DNA of 64,000 nucleotides, taken from positions 9,672,001-9,736,000 of the forward strand of contig NW_026262734.1 of assembly GCF_021869535.1 (NCBI RefSeq), in the 5' to 3' direction. Numbering within the stretch: the stretch's first letter is position 1; each line of letters opens with the position of its first letter. Source of the DNA: Mytilus californianus. Lineage: Eukaryota. Under the pieces are notes generated by a model. It was not told the origin of the DNA. It saw only the letters and a list, made by a program, of their open reading frames with translations, and made no database searches. The position numbers and the translations under genes are program-made. Shown here in pieces: positions 49,721 to 64,000 of this stretch.

Positions 49721-52700
49721 TAATTTTGGAATACCCAGAATCTGATTTGCTATAACATTTTACCTACATCGCTATAACGCTTAGCTGAGACGTATTTCTT
49801 TTTTTTCAGTTATTGTAATATCATGAATAATATGATAAGAGTTGCTGTTGGTTATCTGGATGATTGCTTTTACATTTTGTTATGTCGGAATCTTTCATAG
49901 CTATTAAACAGCATGTTTTTTTTTCTCGAATTGATGAAGGTCGTACGTTGACCTATAGTTGTTTTTATCCATTCCATTGGTCTCTGGTAGATAGTTGTTT
50001 CATTGGCAACCATACCACATTTTCTTATTTTCATATTGTCTTCTTTAACTCTTTGTGTTCAATCGAAATTTAGCGGTTTATAAAAATATAAATAAATGAA
50101 AAATAAAACATGACAAACATGAACTAAACCATGACATTACTTAACTAAATCGTGACACTGAATTTTCATAAATATTAAACACACTTGCAAAAGTGGCGAT
50201 ATTTTGCAGAATATATGAGAGAAATTGACAGCACTTTTTAACAAATAAAGTGTTGTTACATGTAGAAAAATGTGAAAAACAATAACGCAACTTTTAATAT
50301 ATAGACATACACAAGCGTTATTCTGTATCATTATATTACCTATATATAACATGTAACTTGCATTTATACAAACATAATAATTATGAACAAAATTTAATTT
50401 CAGAACTTCTTTTGGAAATAAAATAATTTTCAAAAGAAATGTATAACCCTGCATTATTCATTTCATGGGTATAAAAATGTTGAAATAAGTTTTTAATATG
50501 TAAATTGAACGCAAACTATGAGGACGAAACCAGGCAAAGACCAGTTTATGACCTCTTTCCAACAAAATATATATCAGCACAATAAAAAAAAACATAACCT
50601 AGAAAAGACAGACAATAAAATAACACAAAAATGAAAAAAAATGATAGGAGACGAGAAACAAAAAAAAATATGATCAGTAAAGACAAAAAACTGAAGATGG
50701 ATATGAGGTATTCCCTAGAATAAAATTATTGAATACCATGTATAACCAATAAAAAAATACAGGTATATGTTTTAAAAAGTCGACACACAACAGTGAAAAT
50801 ATTAAAGGAGAGTTAAACCTAATACTATCTTATTGAAAGTGTTTTCACATAGATAAAATATATAACGAATAGATAATGGATAAACAATATTACAAACATA
50901 CAATGAAGAGTTACTGTATGCGTTCAATTAAAATGATAAGAGAAACCAGTTGCAGGAGTCCTATACAACTATAAAACTGTCTTCAAACATAATATTTTTT
51001 GTTTAGTTTCGGAGTAAGTAAAGGATAATGAATTGTGACAACACAAAATACAACAATATAATCTTTATGAGCAAACTCGAGTTTACATATCCCGCCCAAA
51101 ATTAAACATTTTGGAATATTACCGCCTCTTCTAAAGCAATATGTTTCTATATTTTAAAAATTTGTTTAAAAAGCAAACTTCAATTAATCATTCAATGAAT
51201 ATTCACATTTCTTGTTCTGTTTCTAACAAATTGTCTACGCCAGTAATTCTGTAATGTACCACGAAAAAAACCTTAAAATTCAATATTTATATTACATATA
51301 GCTTCTTATTGTCGACTATCCTTTCTAGAATAGTAATAAATCTTAGGATTCATCCCCGGCAATATTGAGTTCATGAATTTCATGATTTCATACAAAATGC
51401 GTAGGGTGTATTTATCTTTATGAAGACTTCATTAATATATAAGGGTTAACATTAAACTCAAAGGATACCAGACTAAAGTCAAGACTTTACTGCACTTGTG
51501 ACCGTCAAATTCCCAATTGACAGCGGCAACTCTACAACTGCAATACTGTTATTCCTTAATTGGTTTATCTTTACTTTGTCTCAGTGTTTCGGACTATACC
51601 AGAGACGTGTTTATGTTGTTTAAACATTGGGTATCATCAACGAAGGTTTGGCCCTGCTGACAGTAGATACACGAAAAAGCAAATTGAGAAATTATGCGAG
51701 TTTGCTTAAGAAAAAAACTTAATCTTTTATTAATATAGATAGCTGTTTTGTTGTAGGAGAAATCTGTTCCTCGTTGAAATTTGTTTTGTTTTAAAGGTGT
51801 ACCATATGTTTCTTAATTAGTATAATTGCAGAAAACATTAAATTAATGGTTGCAAAATCATACTTTTGAAGAATATATTATTTTTAGATTTTTATAATCA
51901 CTTATGCCCATGATATTGTTTTTAATTGATTTTTATTGTAATTTTATTTCACGCCTATATCAATAGTTATAAATGAATCTTGATAACTGATTGTATTATT
52001 TTCATATTTACGTAAACTAATGGTAAGATAGGCCACTTTTTGGCACCTAGAATACAAACCTTAAATCATATTATAAATCAATTAACATTTTTCAGAAGTT
52101 CACAACATATAGACTTTTAAGATATTATTATTAATGTTTTGATTTGTGTCTTCCTACATTTTAAAACACAATGAGATGTTGACCTTTCACATTGAGGCAA
52201 CGACCCGCCAGAAACCAATGACGAGGATGTAATCAACAATAGAGTATTGTGTTGCCTTCAACAATGAAACAAATCCATTCCGTATATTAACCTATTATAT
52301 GCTCCGTAAGCAAAACGTGAAACATATCAAAAGAGAAAACCAACAACCTGATTTTTGCTAAAAACAATAAACGAAAAATAAATATGGCCGACAACAACAA
52401 ACGACAACCACCGAATTACAAGCAGGGACATAAATAATGTGGTGCTATGAGCTCTCAACCCTCTCTGAACTAACTTTGGACAGATTTGTAAAAACACAAC
52501 ACTAGGACTAACTATAAAAATCTGTTGGAAAAGGCTTGACTATATAATCAGATCGGCATCAAGCACTCGAATAAGAAACAAAAATACCGATGTTAATGTG
52601 CTCGAAGTTTTTGCATGTTTACTTCAAACGTATTGCATTTAATGCAAAACTGCCGAAAAATCTAAGCTGGGATTTGTAAAATTATACTTACATATGAACA

Positions 52701-55700
52701 AAGAAATTATCTTAGAAAAAATATTTTGCAGCAAGGTGTCGTACATAAGAATGTTTGCATGGGTAAAATATCTTCAGGACTGGATTCAAGGGGGGTGCAC
52801 CATGCGAAATTCACTTTTATATTCGAAATTTTTTTAGAAATTAAAATAATCTTCAAAAGAAATATATTACCCTGCTTGACATTATTGATATTATGGATAT
52901 ACAAATGTGGAAATAAGTTTTTCATATATGTGAATTGAACTCAAACTATAAAGCTGAAACACTACAAGTCAAAGACCAGTTTATGACCTCCTTCCCAAAA
53001 GGTAGAAAAAGGTGAGTGTAAACCTGTGTGTTCCGGAAGGGTCAAGTGTTCCTGTTCCAAAAGTGACAACATTTAAACGTTGGTTATATTAAGCGCGGTT
53101 ATTATGTTTATGTCACGCTACTACTCACTAGGCATCTTCGCTATAGCCAAGGTTATTATTAAGCATGTATATATGTCACGCTTCTACTCACTAGGCATCT
53201 TCGCTAGCTAAGGTTATTATTTAGAACGATATTATATATGTTACGCTACTATTTGGAGGAACATCAGAGGTTATTATTTAGCACTTGCACGGTATTATAT
53301 ATGTCACGCTAATACTCAATAGGAGGGTCAACGATTAAAGTTATCTGATTATAACAAAGAAAGAAACGGTAGAAAGAAAACTATGGCAACAGTAATTCCA
53401 AATTACTCCTGATTGTACATAATGTAATATGCTGAGGATGTAAGGAAACAGGTTCGGGCAAATATAATTTGAAACAATTGTTTTCATCAACAAATATATT
53501 TACTAAGCAGACTGCATCTACTAGGGACATTTGGATTGCTAAACATGGCATTAACACAAAAATGAAGAAAAAAAATGGAGACGACGAATAGGGAAAAATA
53601 TATGATCATTAAAGACAAAACACTGAAGAAGGACATTAAATATTGACTAGAACAGACTTATTCCAAAACTGAAAATGAGTACATAGTATAACCAATCAAG
53701 GAACTTAGGATTTTCTTTTAAAAAATCGACAAACAAGAGTGATGAAATCATGGCTACTGAAAATATTATAGGAGCGGAAAACCTAAAGCTCTCTTACTAA
53801 TAGTGTGTTCACATAAATATAATATATGACGGAACGATAATGGATGAACAATATTACAGACATGTAGTGAAGAGCTACAATATGCGGAGAATTGACAGGA
53901 TAAGAGAAACTATTTCCATAAGTTCTATACAATTAAAAAATGACGGAACTTTAAACATAACATGTTTTGTTTAGTATTATGGATAATGAATTGTGACAAC
54001 ACAAAATACACCGATATAATCCTAATGTGCAAGCCCGAATTTATATACCCTGCCCTAAATTTAACAAAGGATAATACTGCCTATCCTAAAACGATATAGT
54101 TCTTTATTCCTAAATTCCTAAATGTGTCTGAAAAGCAAGCACCAATCAATCAATCAATATCCGCATTTCTTGTTTTGATTCTAACATATTATCCACAACC
54201 AGTTATGCTGACCACATCAATTATATCGTGGAACCATGACGAAACCCTATAAATGTATATAGCTTCTTATTGACAAATACCAATTTTAGAATAGTAATAA
54301 ATTTTAGGATTAATTCCCCGTCAATATCGAGTTCATGAGTTTCATGATTTCATACAAAATGCTTAAGGTGTGTTTATCTTTATAATATATATTCCCAATT
54401 GATTGCGGCAATTCTACAAGCGCAGTACTGTTATTCCTAAATTGGTTTATCTTGACTTTGTCTCAGTGTTTCGAACTATACTAGAGACGTGTTTATTCTT
54501 TTTAAACATCGGTTATCCTCAATGAAGGTTTGACACCTACTATACCAGAAATGTTTTAAATTCAGAAATGTTCTTCATTTGTACGTATTTGCTAAAAACA
54601 AACTAATCTTTTATTAATATAGATAGCTGTTTTGTTGTAGGAGAAATCTGTTCCTCGTTGAGATTTGTTTTGTTTTAAAGGTGTACCATATGTTTTATTT
54701 TCTTGTTCTTAATTTATATTATAACTGCAGAAAACATTAAATTAATGATTGCAAAATCTTACTTTTGAAAAATAAATTATATTTAGATTTTTATAATCAC
54801 GTATGCCCATGATATCGTTTTCAAACGAATTTTATTGTAATTCTATTTCACGTCTATATCAATAGATATAAATAAATCTTGATAACTTGATACCTCATTG
54901 TATTATATTCATATTTACATAAAGTAATGGTAAGATAAGGCCACTTTTTGGCACCTAGAATACAAACCTTAAATTATATTATAAATCAATTAACATTTTT
55001 GAAGTTCACAACATACAAATTTTTCAGATATCATTATTTATGTTTTGAATTGCGTCTTCTTACATTTTAAAACACAATGAGATGTTGAACTTTCCCAATG
55101 AGACAACGACCCATCAGAGACCAATGACGAGGATGTATCAACAATAGAGCATTGTGCGGCCTTCAACAATGAACCAAATCCATGCCGTATATTAAGCTAT
55201 TATATGCTCCGTAAGCAAAACGTGAAACAAATCAAAAGAGAAAATCAACGACCTGATTTTTGATGAAAACAATAAACTAAAAAGAAATATGGTCGACAAC
55301 CACCAAATTACAGGCTTGGGATAGGGACATTAAGAATGATGTGTTTTTAGCTCTCAATCCTCTATTAACTTGAGACAGATTTGTAGCAATACAATGCTAG
55401 AACTAACTATAAAAATCTGTTTGAAAAGGCTTGGCAAATCAGATCGACATCAAGCACACAAATAAGAAACAAAAAAGACTTAAAGCACAAGATACCGATG
55501 TTAGAGTGCTAGAAGTTTTTGCATGTTTATTTCAAACGTATTGCATTTATTGTAAAACTGCCGAAATAGCATACTGGTGAGATTTGTAAAATAATACTTA
55601 CATATGAACAAAGACATTATCTTAGAAAAAATATTTGGCAGCAAGGTGTCATACATAAGGATGTTTATATGGGTACACAATCTTCAGGACCAGATTCAAG

Positions 55701-57040
55701 AGGGTACACCATGCGAAATTAACTTTTAAAAAATTGCATTCCTTTGAAGCGGTAAATTTAATTTCGAATCCTCCTGATCAAGAAGCCCTCGTTATGCAAC
55801 ATTATTTAAGTTATTATTTCAAACTTCTCTCATGAAGTTTAAACATTTTATATTGAATAACCGGAATCCGAATTGCCAAAACATTTTACTTCCGTCACTA
55901 TTTCGCATAGCTGATGTCATTGATTTCAAGTACCAACGGACAATATAATAAAAATACAAAAATACAATGCTCTGCATATGAAATCTTTATTGTAATGTCA
56001 CCTTAAAGTTACCCTTACTTTGTCTCTCGTTGTTCTGAATATTACCAATAATTGTATCTTAGTCTATGTCATAAGTATAAACTTCAGTTAATCTTACTTT
56101 AGCATATCCTGGTCATATCCATATTTTCTTTTTTTCAGTTATTATAATATCTTGAATATATTGATAAGTCTCTTCGTTGGTTTAACGTTTAAATTGTGTT
56201 CTTTTTTCATTTTTTTCATGTCGGGACCTTTTATAAGGCATTGGATTTGCTGATTGTAGAAGGCCATAAGTTGACGTATAGTTTCTTATATCAACGCCAT
56301 TTGGTATCTGGTAGATAGTTGTTTCATTGACAAAAATACCACATTTTCTTATTTCAAAACTGTCATCTATGGCTCTTTGTGTTTAATGGAGAGAAATCGG
56401 TCTTTATGTAATTCACAAGACCTTTGTCATTTTACGAGTGAAACAATTTTTCTAAAACAATGTCATTGAACCATTCACTTTAGAATATCCTTTCTATTGT
56501 CAATTTTTGCATAAATTATACGAATAACGTTATCATGGTTGTTCATGTTCATCGATTACTTTATTTCATATGCATGATACATGAATTAGAGAACTGATTT
56601 CATATGCATGATATATGAATTAGAGAATTGAACCATGACAAACATGAACTAAACCATGACATTACTTAACTAAATCATGACACCGAATATCTTAAATATT
56701 AAATAATTTCTAAAAGTGGCATTTTTTTTAGAATATTTGAAAGACATTGGACGTTATTACGAATAATGTGTTATTACATGCAGCGAAAAAAAACCTTTTT
56801 TTTTGTAAAATACAGAAACGCAACTTTTAATATTGACATACGTAAGCGTTATTTTGTGTCATGCTGTTACCAATATAACATGTGATTTTTTTCTTTTACA
56901 AACATAATAGCAATAAACAAAGTTAAATACCAGGCACATTTTTTTTCAGAACTTCTTTTGGAAATAAAAATAATCTTCAAACGAAACGTATAAGCATGCT
57001 TGACATTATTGGTTTTATGGATATAAAAATGTGGAAATAT

Positions 57041-57201
57041 AGATTCCACCACTACATCAAGTGTATTACGATATTTCTCCACTCTACACAGTTAAATTTT
57101 AAAATTTAAATCGCGAGGCTTGCCGAGCTTTTTAAATATTTAAAATTTAACTGTTGAGAGTGGAGAAATATCGTAATACACGAGATAAAGTGGCGGAATC
57201 T
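57041..57201. mobile_element. Palindromic (foldback) MITE
   Basis: ~70-bp inverted arms AGATTCC(A/G)CCACT...GTGTATTACGATATTTCTCCACTCT...CAGTTAAATTTTAAA around a short loop. Confidence 0.75.
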
Positions 57202-57384
57202 GTTTCTCTAATGATTTTTAGACGATATCTAAACAAAAGTTTATCCTTCCTTTTCAAAGATTTGCAGAAAGGTGAAATGTTCCTGTTTTTCAACATTCAC
57301 AAGTGACAACATTCAAAAGTGGAAAATTTTTTCCTGTTCAAATGTTTGTCTTGTGTACACTGAAATCGATATCATGTGTTATAT

Positions 57385-57925
57385 TAAGCGCGCTTATTAT
57401 GTATATGTCACGCTACTACTCACTAGGCATCTTCGCCAGCCTAAGCTATTTTTTAGAACGATATTATATATGTTACGCTCTTACTAGGAGGATCATCAGA
57501 GGTTATTATTTAGCACTTGGGTATTATATATGTCACGCTACTATTCACTAGGCATCTTCGGTAGCTAAGGTTATTATTTAGAATGATATTACATATGTTA
57601 CGCTACTACTAGGAGGATCATCAGAGGTTTTTATTTAGCACTTAGGTATTATATATGTCACGCTACTATTCACTAGGCATCTTCGCTAGCTAAGGTTATT
57701 ATTTAAAACGATATTATATATGTTACGCTACTACAAGGAGGATCATCAGAGGTTTTTATTTAGCACTTGGGTATTATATATATGTCACGCTACTATTCAC
57801 TAGGCATCTTCGCTAGCTAAGGTTATTATTTAGAACGATATTATATATGTTACGCTACTACTAGGAGGATCATCAGAGGTTATTATTTAGCACTTGCACG
57901 GTATTATATATGTCACGCTACTTAC
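57385..57925 (+). repeat. ~125-bp tandem repeat (dimer of ~62-bp subunits), ~4.3 copies
   Basis: GTCACGCTA at 57407, 57532, 57657, 57784 and 57912. A shorter paralogous array lies at ~53095-53330. Confidence 0.88.
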
Positions 57926-58290
57926 TACTCAAAAGCAGGATCAACGATTATTATAATAAGTTATCTGATTTATAACAAAGGAAGACACGTTAGAAAGAAA
58001 ACTATGGCAACAGTAATTCCAAATTACTTTCAACTGTGCATAATGTAATACGCTGAGGATGTTATGAAACGAAATGGAAACATATTATGAAATAATAGTT
58101 TTCATCGACAGATATATTTACCAAGCAGACTGTATCTACTAGGGACTATTGGATAGCTAAACATGTCTACCTTGCAGATCTACAATACTTCTGTATTGCT
58201 TGTGTGGATTAATCATTTTTACACAAAATGAAAAAAAATAATAAGAGAAAAGAAATAAAGAAACTATATATTCTGCCTCTTATAAACGTC

Positions 58291-58463
58291 CATTATCACT
58301 GAACTAGTATACATATTTGTTTAGGGGCCAGCTGAAGGACGCCTCCGGGTGCGGGAGTTTCTCGCTGTATTGAAAACCCGTTGGTGGCCTTCGGCTGTTG
58401 TCTGCTCTATGGTCGGGTTGTTGTCTCTTTGACACATTCCCCATTTCCATTCTCAATTTTATT
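58291..58463 (+). mobile_element. 3' tip of the Penelope-like element family seen at 25438-27060
   Basis: Near-identical reverse complement of 25438-25610 (GGGGCCAGCTGAAG...TTGACACATTCCCCATTTCCATTCTCAATTTT). Confidence 0.75.
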
Positions 58464-60790
58464 AAGAATTGCCTAGAACAGAATTGGTCCAAAACTGAAA
58501 ATGAATACATAGTACAACCAATAAAAGAATTTAAGAATTTCTTTTTTAAAGTCGACAAACAACAGTGATGAAACCATGGCAACTGAAAATATCAAAGGAG
58601 AGGCAAACCTATTGCTCACTTACTGAAAGTGTGTTCATATAAATAAAACATATGACGAAACGATAACGAATCAACAATATTACAAATATACAGTGAAGAG
58701 TTACACTATGTGCAGAATTGGCATGATAAGAGAAACCAGTCCATTACAACTTAAAAATGACGGAACTTAAAACATAACATGTTTTGTTTAGATTTAGAGT
58801 AAGTAATGGATAATGAATTGAACACAAAAAAATAACATTATAATTTTTATGAACAACTCGAATTTACATACCCTGCCCAAATTTAAAGAAATGATCTTGG
58901 CATTGCACAAGGTCATGTTTTTCTCTGACTGTTAATGACGTCTTTACACTAAATCCATTGGATGTTCGATGTGTACTGATTGATATTTTAGTCTTAGATA
59001 TATGATTTTTTAATTAGTTGTTATTGGCTTTGAACTAGCTGTCAGTAACTTCGAGTACTCTCAGATCTGTACTTAGTGTCCTTTTTGTTGTTAGGGATGA
59101 GGGATGGATAAATACCCTGCCACGTCCACGTTTGTTCTTATGTTGTGCTGTTACACCACTGTCCTAGGTGAGGGGAGGGTTGAGCGCTCAAAAACATGTT
59201 TAACCCCGCCACATTTTTATGTGCCTGTCCCAAGTCAGGAGCCTGTAGTTCAGTGGTTGTTGTTGGTTCATCTCTGTCTTATTTGTGTTTCGTTAATTTT
59301 TTTGTTACAAATTAGGCCGTTAGTTTTCTCAGTTGAATTGTTTCATATTTTCATATCGGGGCCTTTCATAGCCGACTATACCGTGGTGAACTTTGGTGGA
59401 TAGTTGTCTCATTGGCAATCATACCTCATCTCCTTATTTTTATATATAAAATACTGCCTCTTATAAATGATAGTGTATGGTTCTTTATTTCTTAATTTGT
59501 TTGAAAAACATCGTCCAATCAATTAACAATAGCCACATAGGAGACGAGAAATATAATAAAATATATTATCAGTAAAGACAAAATTCGACTGTATACTTTA
59601 AAAATTTTAAAACTGAAGATGGACATTAAGTATTGCCTAGAAAATAATTATTTCAAAACTGAAAATGAAGGCAAGATGACCGTAGATGAATTTGGCTGCA
59701 TGCTTTTTAATGTGCCTTTTGGTCAGAAAGCTCTTCACTTATTTACATCATTCGCTTCCGGATGTTTGAGTTTGAGTGTTCCTGATAAAGGTAAGCTTAC
59801 CCTTCCGGAGCACCTGAGATCACCCACAGTTTTTGGTGGGGTTCGTGTTGCTTAGTCTTTAGTTTTCTATGTTGTGTCATCTGTACTATTATTTGTCTAT
59901 TTGTCTTTTTATTTTTGGCCATTGCGTTGTCAGTTTGTTTTCGATCTATGAGTTTGACTGTCCCTCTGGTATCTTTCGTCCCTCTTTTAGAAAAGCGCTT
60001 CCGACTCATAATAAAAACAAATTGTTATTTTCATATTCAAACATAACATTTTTTCCTCGAGATTTGGGGTAAGTTCTTTATTTCTAAAATAGCCGCATTT
60101 CTTGATTTGTTTAAAAAAAAATCGTCCACGCCAAACAATTCTGTACCAGGCAGAAAATATAAAAATTCATAATTAATGTTACATATAGCTTCCTATTGTC
60201 AACTATCCTTTCTAGGATAGTAATAAATCCTAGTATTCATCCCCTGCATATCAAGTGCATGTATTTCAGTTGATATAAAATGCCTAAGGTGTGTTCATCT
60301 ATATGAAGACGTCAATATTATAAAGGTGTTTACTTAAAACTCAAAAGATATCATCAAGGTTGAATAACTCAACACAATACTTTACTGCATTTGCGATCGT
60401 CAAATCCACAATTGACGGCGGCAAATCTTCACAACTAAAGCACTGCCATTCCTTAACTGGTTTATCATTACTTTGTCCCGGTGTTTCAGGCTATCAGAGA
60501 CATGTTTATTCTGTTAAAAATCATAAGCATCGGTATCCTGGATGAAGGTTTGACACCTGCTATATTAGAAAAGTTTTATATTATTAAACGAATATTTTTA
60601 AGGATTTGTATTCCGTGAAAACTTGATCACATGCACATTTGTAATTACTCAGTTTGCACGCGTCAATACTGTTGCGTTTAGCTAATCGTAGGTCAAAAGC
60701 AGCTTATTGCACAGGGCATACAGCATGTTACTAAAAATACAGTCTAGAAATCCCCAATTTTACATTGTTCATGCACCAGTTGTTGATTAA

Positions 60791-60946
60791 TAATATAACA
60801 ATTATAGCCTTTGGTTGAGGCCAATACGATGTTATATCGACCCAGAGAAGCATATCGACTTCGGACTTCGTCCTCAGTTAATATGCTTCTCTTAAGTCGA
60901 TATAACCTCGTATCGACCTCATACAAAGGCTATAATTTGTATATTA
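60791..60946. mobile_element. Palindromic (foldback) MITE, second family
   Basis: Inverted arms TAATATAACAATTATAGCCTTTG..TGAGG.C.ATACGA.GTTATATCGAC...GAGAAGCATAT around a small CGGAC-TTC-GTCC loop region. Confidence 0.7.
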
Positions 60947-63900
60947 TTGCACGACGTTTGATACATGCAAAACAGAGGATAAGAAATTTGTTCTCAATTT
61001 ATACGTATTTGCTGAAAGGCAAAACAGAACACGAGAAAAAATAAGAAGAAAATAAAACCCAATGTTATATCGGTATAGATAGCAGTTTTGTTGTAGGAGA
61101 AATATGTTTCTCGTTGCGATTTGCTTTGTTTTAAAGGTGTACCATATGTTTTATTTTCTTGCTCATAATTAGAAAAAATGCAGAAAACATATAAAACAAA
61201 TGGTTGCAAAATCTTACTTTTGAATGATAAAATATATTTAGAATTTTATAACGCACGTATATGCTCACAATATTGTTTTTAAACGACTGTTATTGTAATT
61301 TTATTTCATGTTTATATCTATAGATATGAATGAATCTTGATTACTTGATACCTCAATGTATTATATTCCTATTTTCATAAAGTAATGGTAAAAAATGAAA
61401 ACAACACTTCATAAATTAGTTGCGTCCGAAGCGCTTTTCTTGATTTATCTTCACCAGGAACGCCCAAAGCAGATTGTTTGAAAGCCAAGGATGTCAAAGA
61501 ACCGAAACAGTTGAAGAGCTTTATGACTTCACAGGACCTTAAAATGATAGCCAAATCCATCTTAGGTCAACTTTGTCTGAGAAGAGTTGAAACCTTAGTC
61601 CCTTAATGATTTATAAATTCATAAACGGACAATTTAGAAAAGTTGGTTATTAATCATGTCAGTACCGAAGTACTCACTAGAGAGATTATGATTACCCTCG
61701 GGGACTGATAAGACCACTTTATGGTACCTTGAATTCAAAACTTAGATTATATTATAAATCTATCAAATGCAATTTGTTCTAAGGTTTTTAAGACAATTTT
61801 TTTTCAGATATTTGTATTTATATTTTTGAATTGTGTCTAACATTATAAAAATAAGAAAATGTCGACCTTTTGCCAATGAGACAACCATCCACCAGAGACC
61901 AAGGATCAGGATGTAAACAACTATAAAACTCCTTCAACAATGAGTAAAAGCCTTTGAAAAAACGTGAAACAATTCAAAAGAGAAAACCAACAACATGATT
62001 TATGCTAAAACAAACGACAACCACTAAATTACAGACTTGGGATAAGAAAAAAAATGTGGTGGGGTTAAACATGTGTGTGAGTGTTCAACCCTTCTCTAAC
62101 TTGGGACAGTGGGTTATCAGCACAACAGAAGAACAAATTTAAAAAATTTGACGGAAAATGTTTGACTCATCAGATCCGCACTTAGCACACAAAAATACCA
62201 ACAAAAAGAATGAAAACACAAGATACCGATGTAAGAGTACTCGACATTTTTGCATTTAGCTTCAAACGTATGCATGCATTAAATTGCAAAGCTGCCGAAA
62301 TACTAGTAGCCTAAGTTTGAGATTTTTTAGAACAATATACATATGACCAAAGGCCGTAACCTTAATAAATATGCTACTTCAAAGTGTCTTTCATAAAGAT
62401 GTTCATATGAGTAAAATATCTATAGGACCGGATCCAAGGGGGTCCACCTTGCGGATTTAACTGTTTGATAATCTTTTATTGGTTGTTATAAGAAATTGCC
62501 ACAAAAATTCTTTCTTTTTATAATGTTTCCTCTAAAAGATTTTGATAAGAAAAACAATTACATTATCATTCTTCTACAGTGGCAGATTCTAGATTTATCA
62601 TAAGAAAAGGAGAAAAATAAGGGGCAACAGTAATGAATCACAAAATCACGTGTGATATATCGTAACTCTGGACAGATAACTTTTAAATTTGCATTACGCT
62701 CGGCAAGCCTCTTTTTTCAGTTTGAAAATTCAACTGTCTCGAGAGGAGAAATATGGTTGCACACTCAATGCAGTGGTAGTCTCTATTTACTGAGATTAAA
62801 TTCACTTTTGATTTTTCTATCAAACAAGTCTTCTTTATTTTTAATTTTATATTTTATATTTATGTAGTTGAAAATATGTTTGATGAAATACTATGTGTAA
62901 AATACCAGGTCGATTGAAAATCAATATTTTCAAAGTTCATTTTTTTATGCAAGTATAATATTGCAATACACATCTTGAAAATACATTTTCAGGTCCTTCA
63001 AAACAATTCATAAGACATGCAGCTGCCGTCACGTGCCTGAAGTTTTTATTATTTGCATCTGCCAATAGTGAACCGTCGACGTTTATACTAAAAAAATTTT
63101 ATGAATGGCAGATGTCAATTATTCATTGAAAAATTGCAATATTTTTATATGTTTTATGATTTTATAATAAATTTCTTAAGAAAGCTATATTTTTAAATAC
63201 AGATGGTAGTTTAACGATAAACAATTCAACATTAAAAATATTGCGATTTTTTTTTTAAAGATGATTAAATGTAGGATGTTTACAACTTATGCAATATTAT
63301 TAGAGTTAAATGATATATTAGCTTTCAACTATATTGACAGATCGTAAACTTGTAAATGTGTGGGTCATACCTGTGCAAATACCTGACATTACATAGGTAA
63401 ACATTAGTATCGATCTACAATTATAGAAAGGAAATTATTATCATTCTTTGTTGATTCCAAGTTGATAAAATAAATCGTATTGCCCTTTTGTTGTTTTCAA
63501 ATAACAATTCTACGGCAAATTGACAATAAACATTTGGACAATGACATTCGATAAAAATAATTAGATACGCGAATGAGATCATCATTAATCACCCGCCATT
63601 GATTTTTCAAACTGACCAATCAGGTGACAATATTACTATCACCTGGGTGTTACTTTCCTATTTGAACTTTCGGTTTACACAACGTTGTTAAAGCAATAGT
63701 GAATTGTAAACTAACATGCCCGTTAGATGGTAATGGAATTATAAATTGCTAATAATTGGAAAAACACATTGCGTCTATTTAATGCACCAGAAAATTACAT
63801 AAAAGAGATGGATGAATTTATCTGATTTCTTATTAGTAAAAGTAGTGTATTGGAATTTAACTAGCATGGAAGTGGATGTATCATAGAAAATAATATTGGA

Positions 63901-64000
63901 TATAACTCTATAGCACTGGAAAAATATTCAATTAACTGAAAATATTGTGACAGGTACCCTTTGACATTTGGTCAAGTACTATTTACATTTTTCCTATAAA

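Larger units (their letters stand above)
49800..62460 (+). repeat. Three diverged direct copies of a ~3-kb noncoding unit
   Basis: Shared anchors: AGC(T/A)GTTTTGTTGTAGGAGAAAT at 51741, 54625, 61081; ATACCGATGT at ~52584, 55492, 62223; GGCCACTTTTTGGCACCTAG at 52031, 54939; CATGACAAACATGAACTAAACCATGAC at 50109, 56634. Confidence 0.75.

Noticed and set aside
41033-64000. Additional protein-coding genes among the short ORFs of the last 23 kb
   Set aside because: The ORFs map to retroelement remnants, MITEs or AT-rich sequence; no chain of in-phase exons or cellular domain was found. Small exons of a gene extending beyond the window cannot be excluded.

Overview
AT-rich eukaryotic DNA. The repeat families and gene content suggest a bivalve mollusc, probably Mytilus (inference). 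Three protein-coding genes were reconstructed by hand with GT-AG junctions and continuous frames. (1) A 10-exon GDPD1-like glycerophosphodiester phosphodiesterase/lysophospholipase D on the minus strand (20184-840). (2) A single-coding-exon selenoprotein L (minus, 28989-28084). The ORF track splits it in two because it has two in-frame UGA codons in a UxxU motif (RHFA-U-LP-U-RNH), and a canonical SECIS lies 60 nt past the stop. (3) A 7-exon hillarin/ltd-1-like LIM plus transglutaminase-like protein (plus, 29855-41032), head-to-head with SelL. The rest is repeat-derived: a four-level nest of Helentron/HINE-like elements in the last GDPD1 intron, nested MULE-like elements upstream of GDPD1, many decayed Penelope-like RT pieces, SINE/LINE relics, hairpin MITEs and a diverged ~3-kb triplicated noncoding unit (50-62 kb). 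The most notable observations are the UxxU selenoprotein, a second SECIS-like hairpin in the 3' tail of a Penelope-like element ~2 kb downstream on the same strand, and an 84-bp triplication of the GDPD1 exon-7 splice donor that creates stop-containing alternative donors. All alignments were done by eye; no database searches or folding programs were run.
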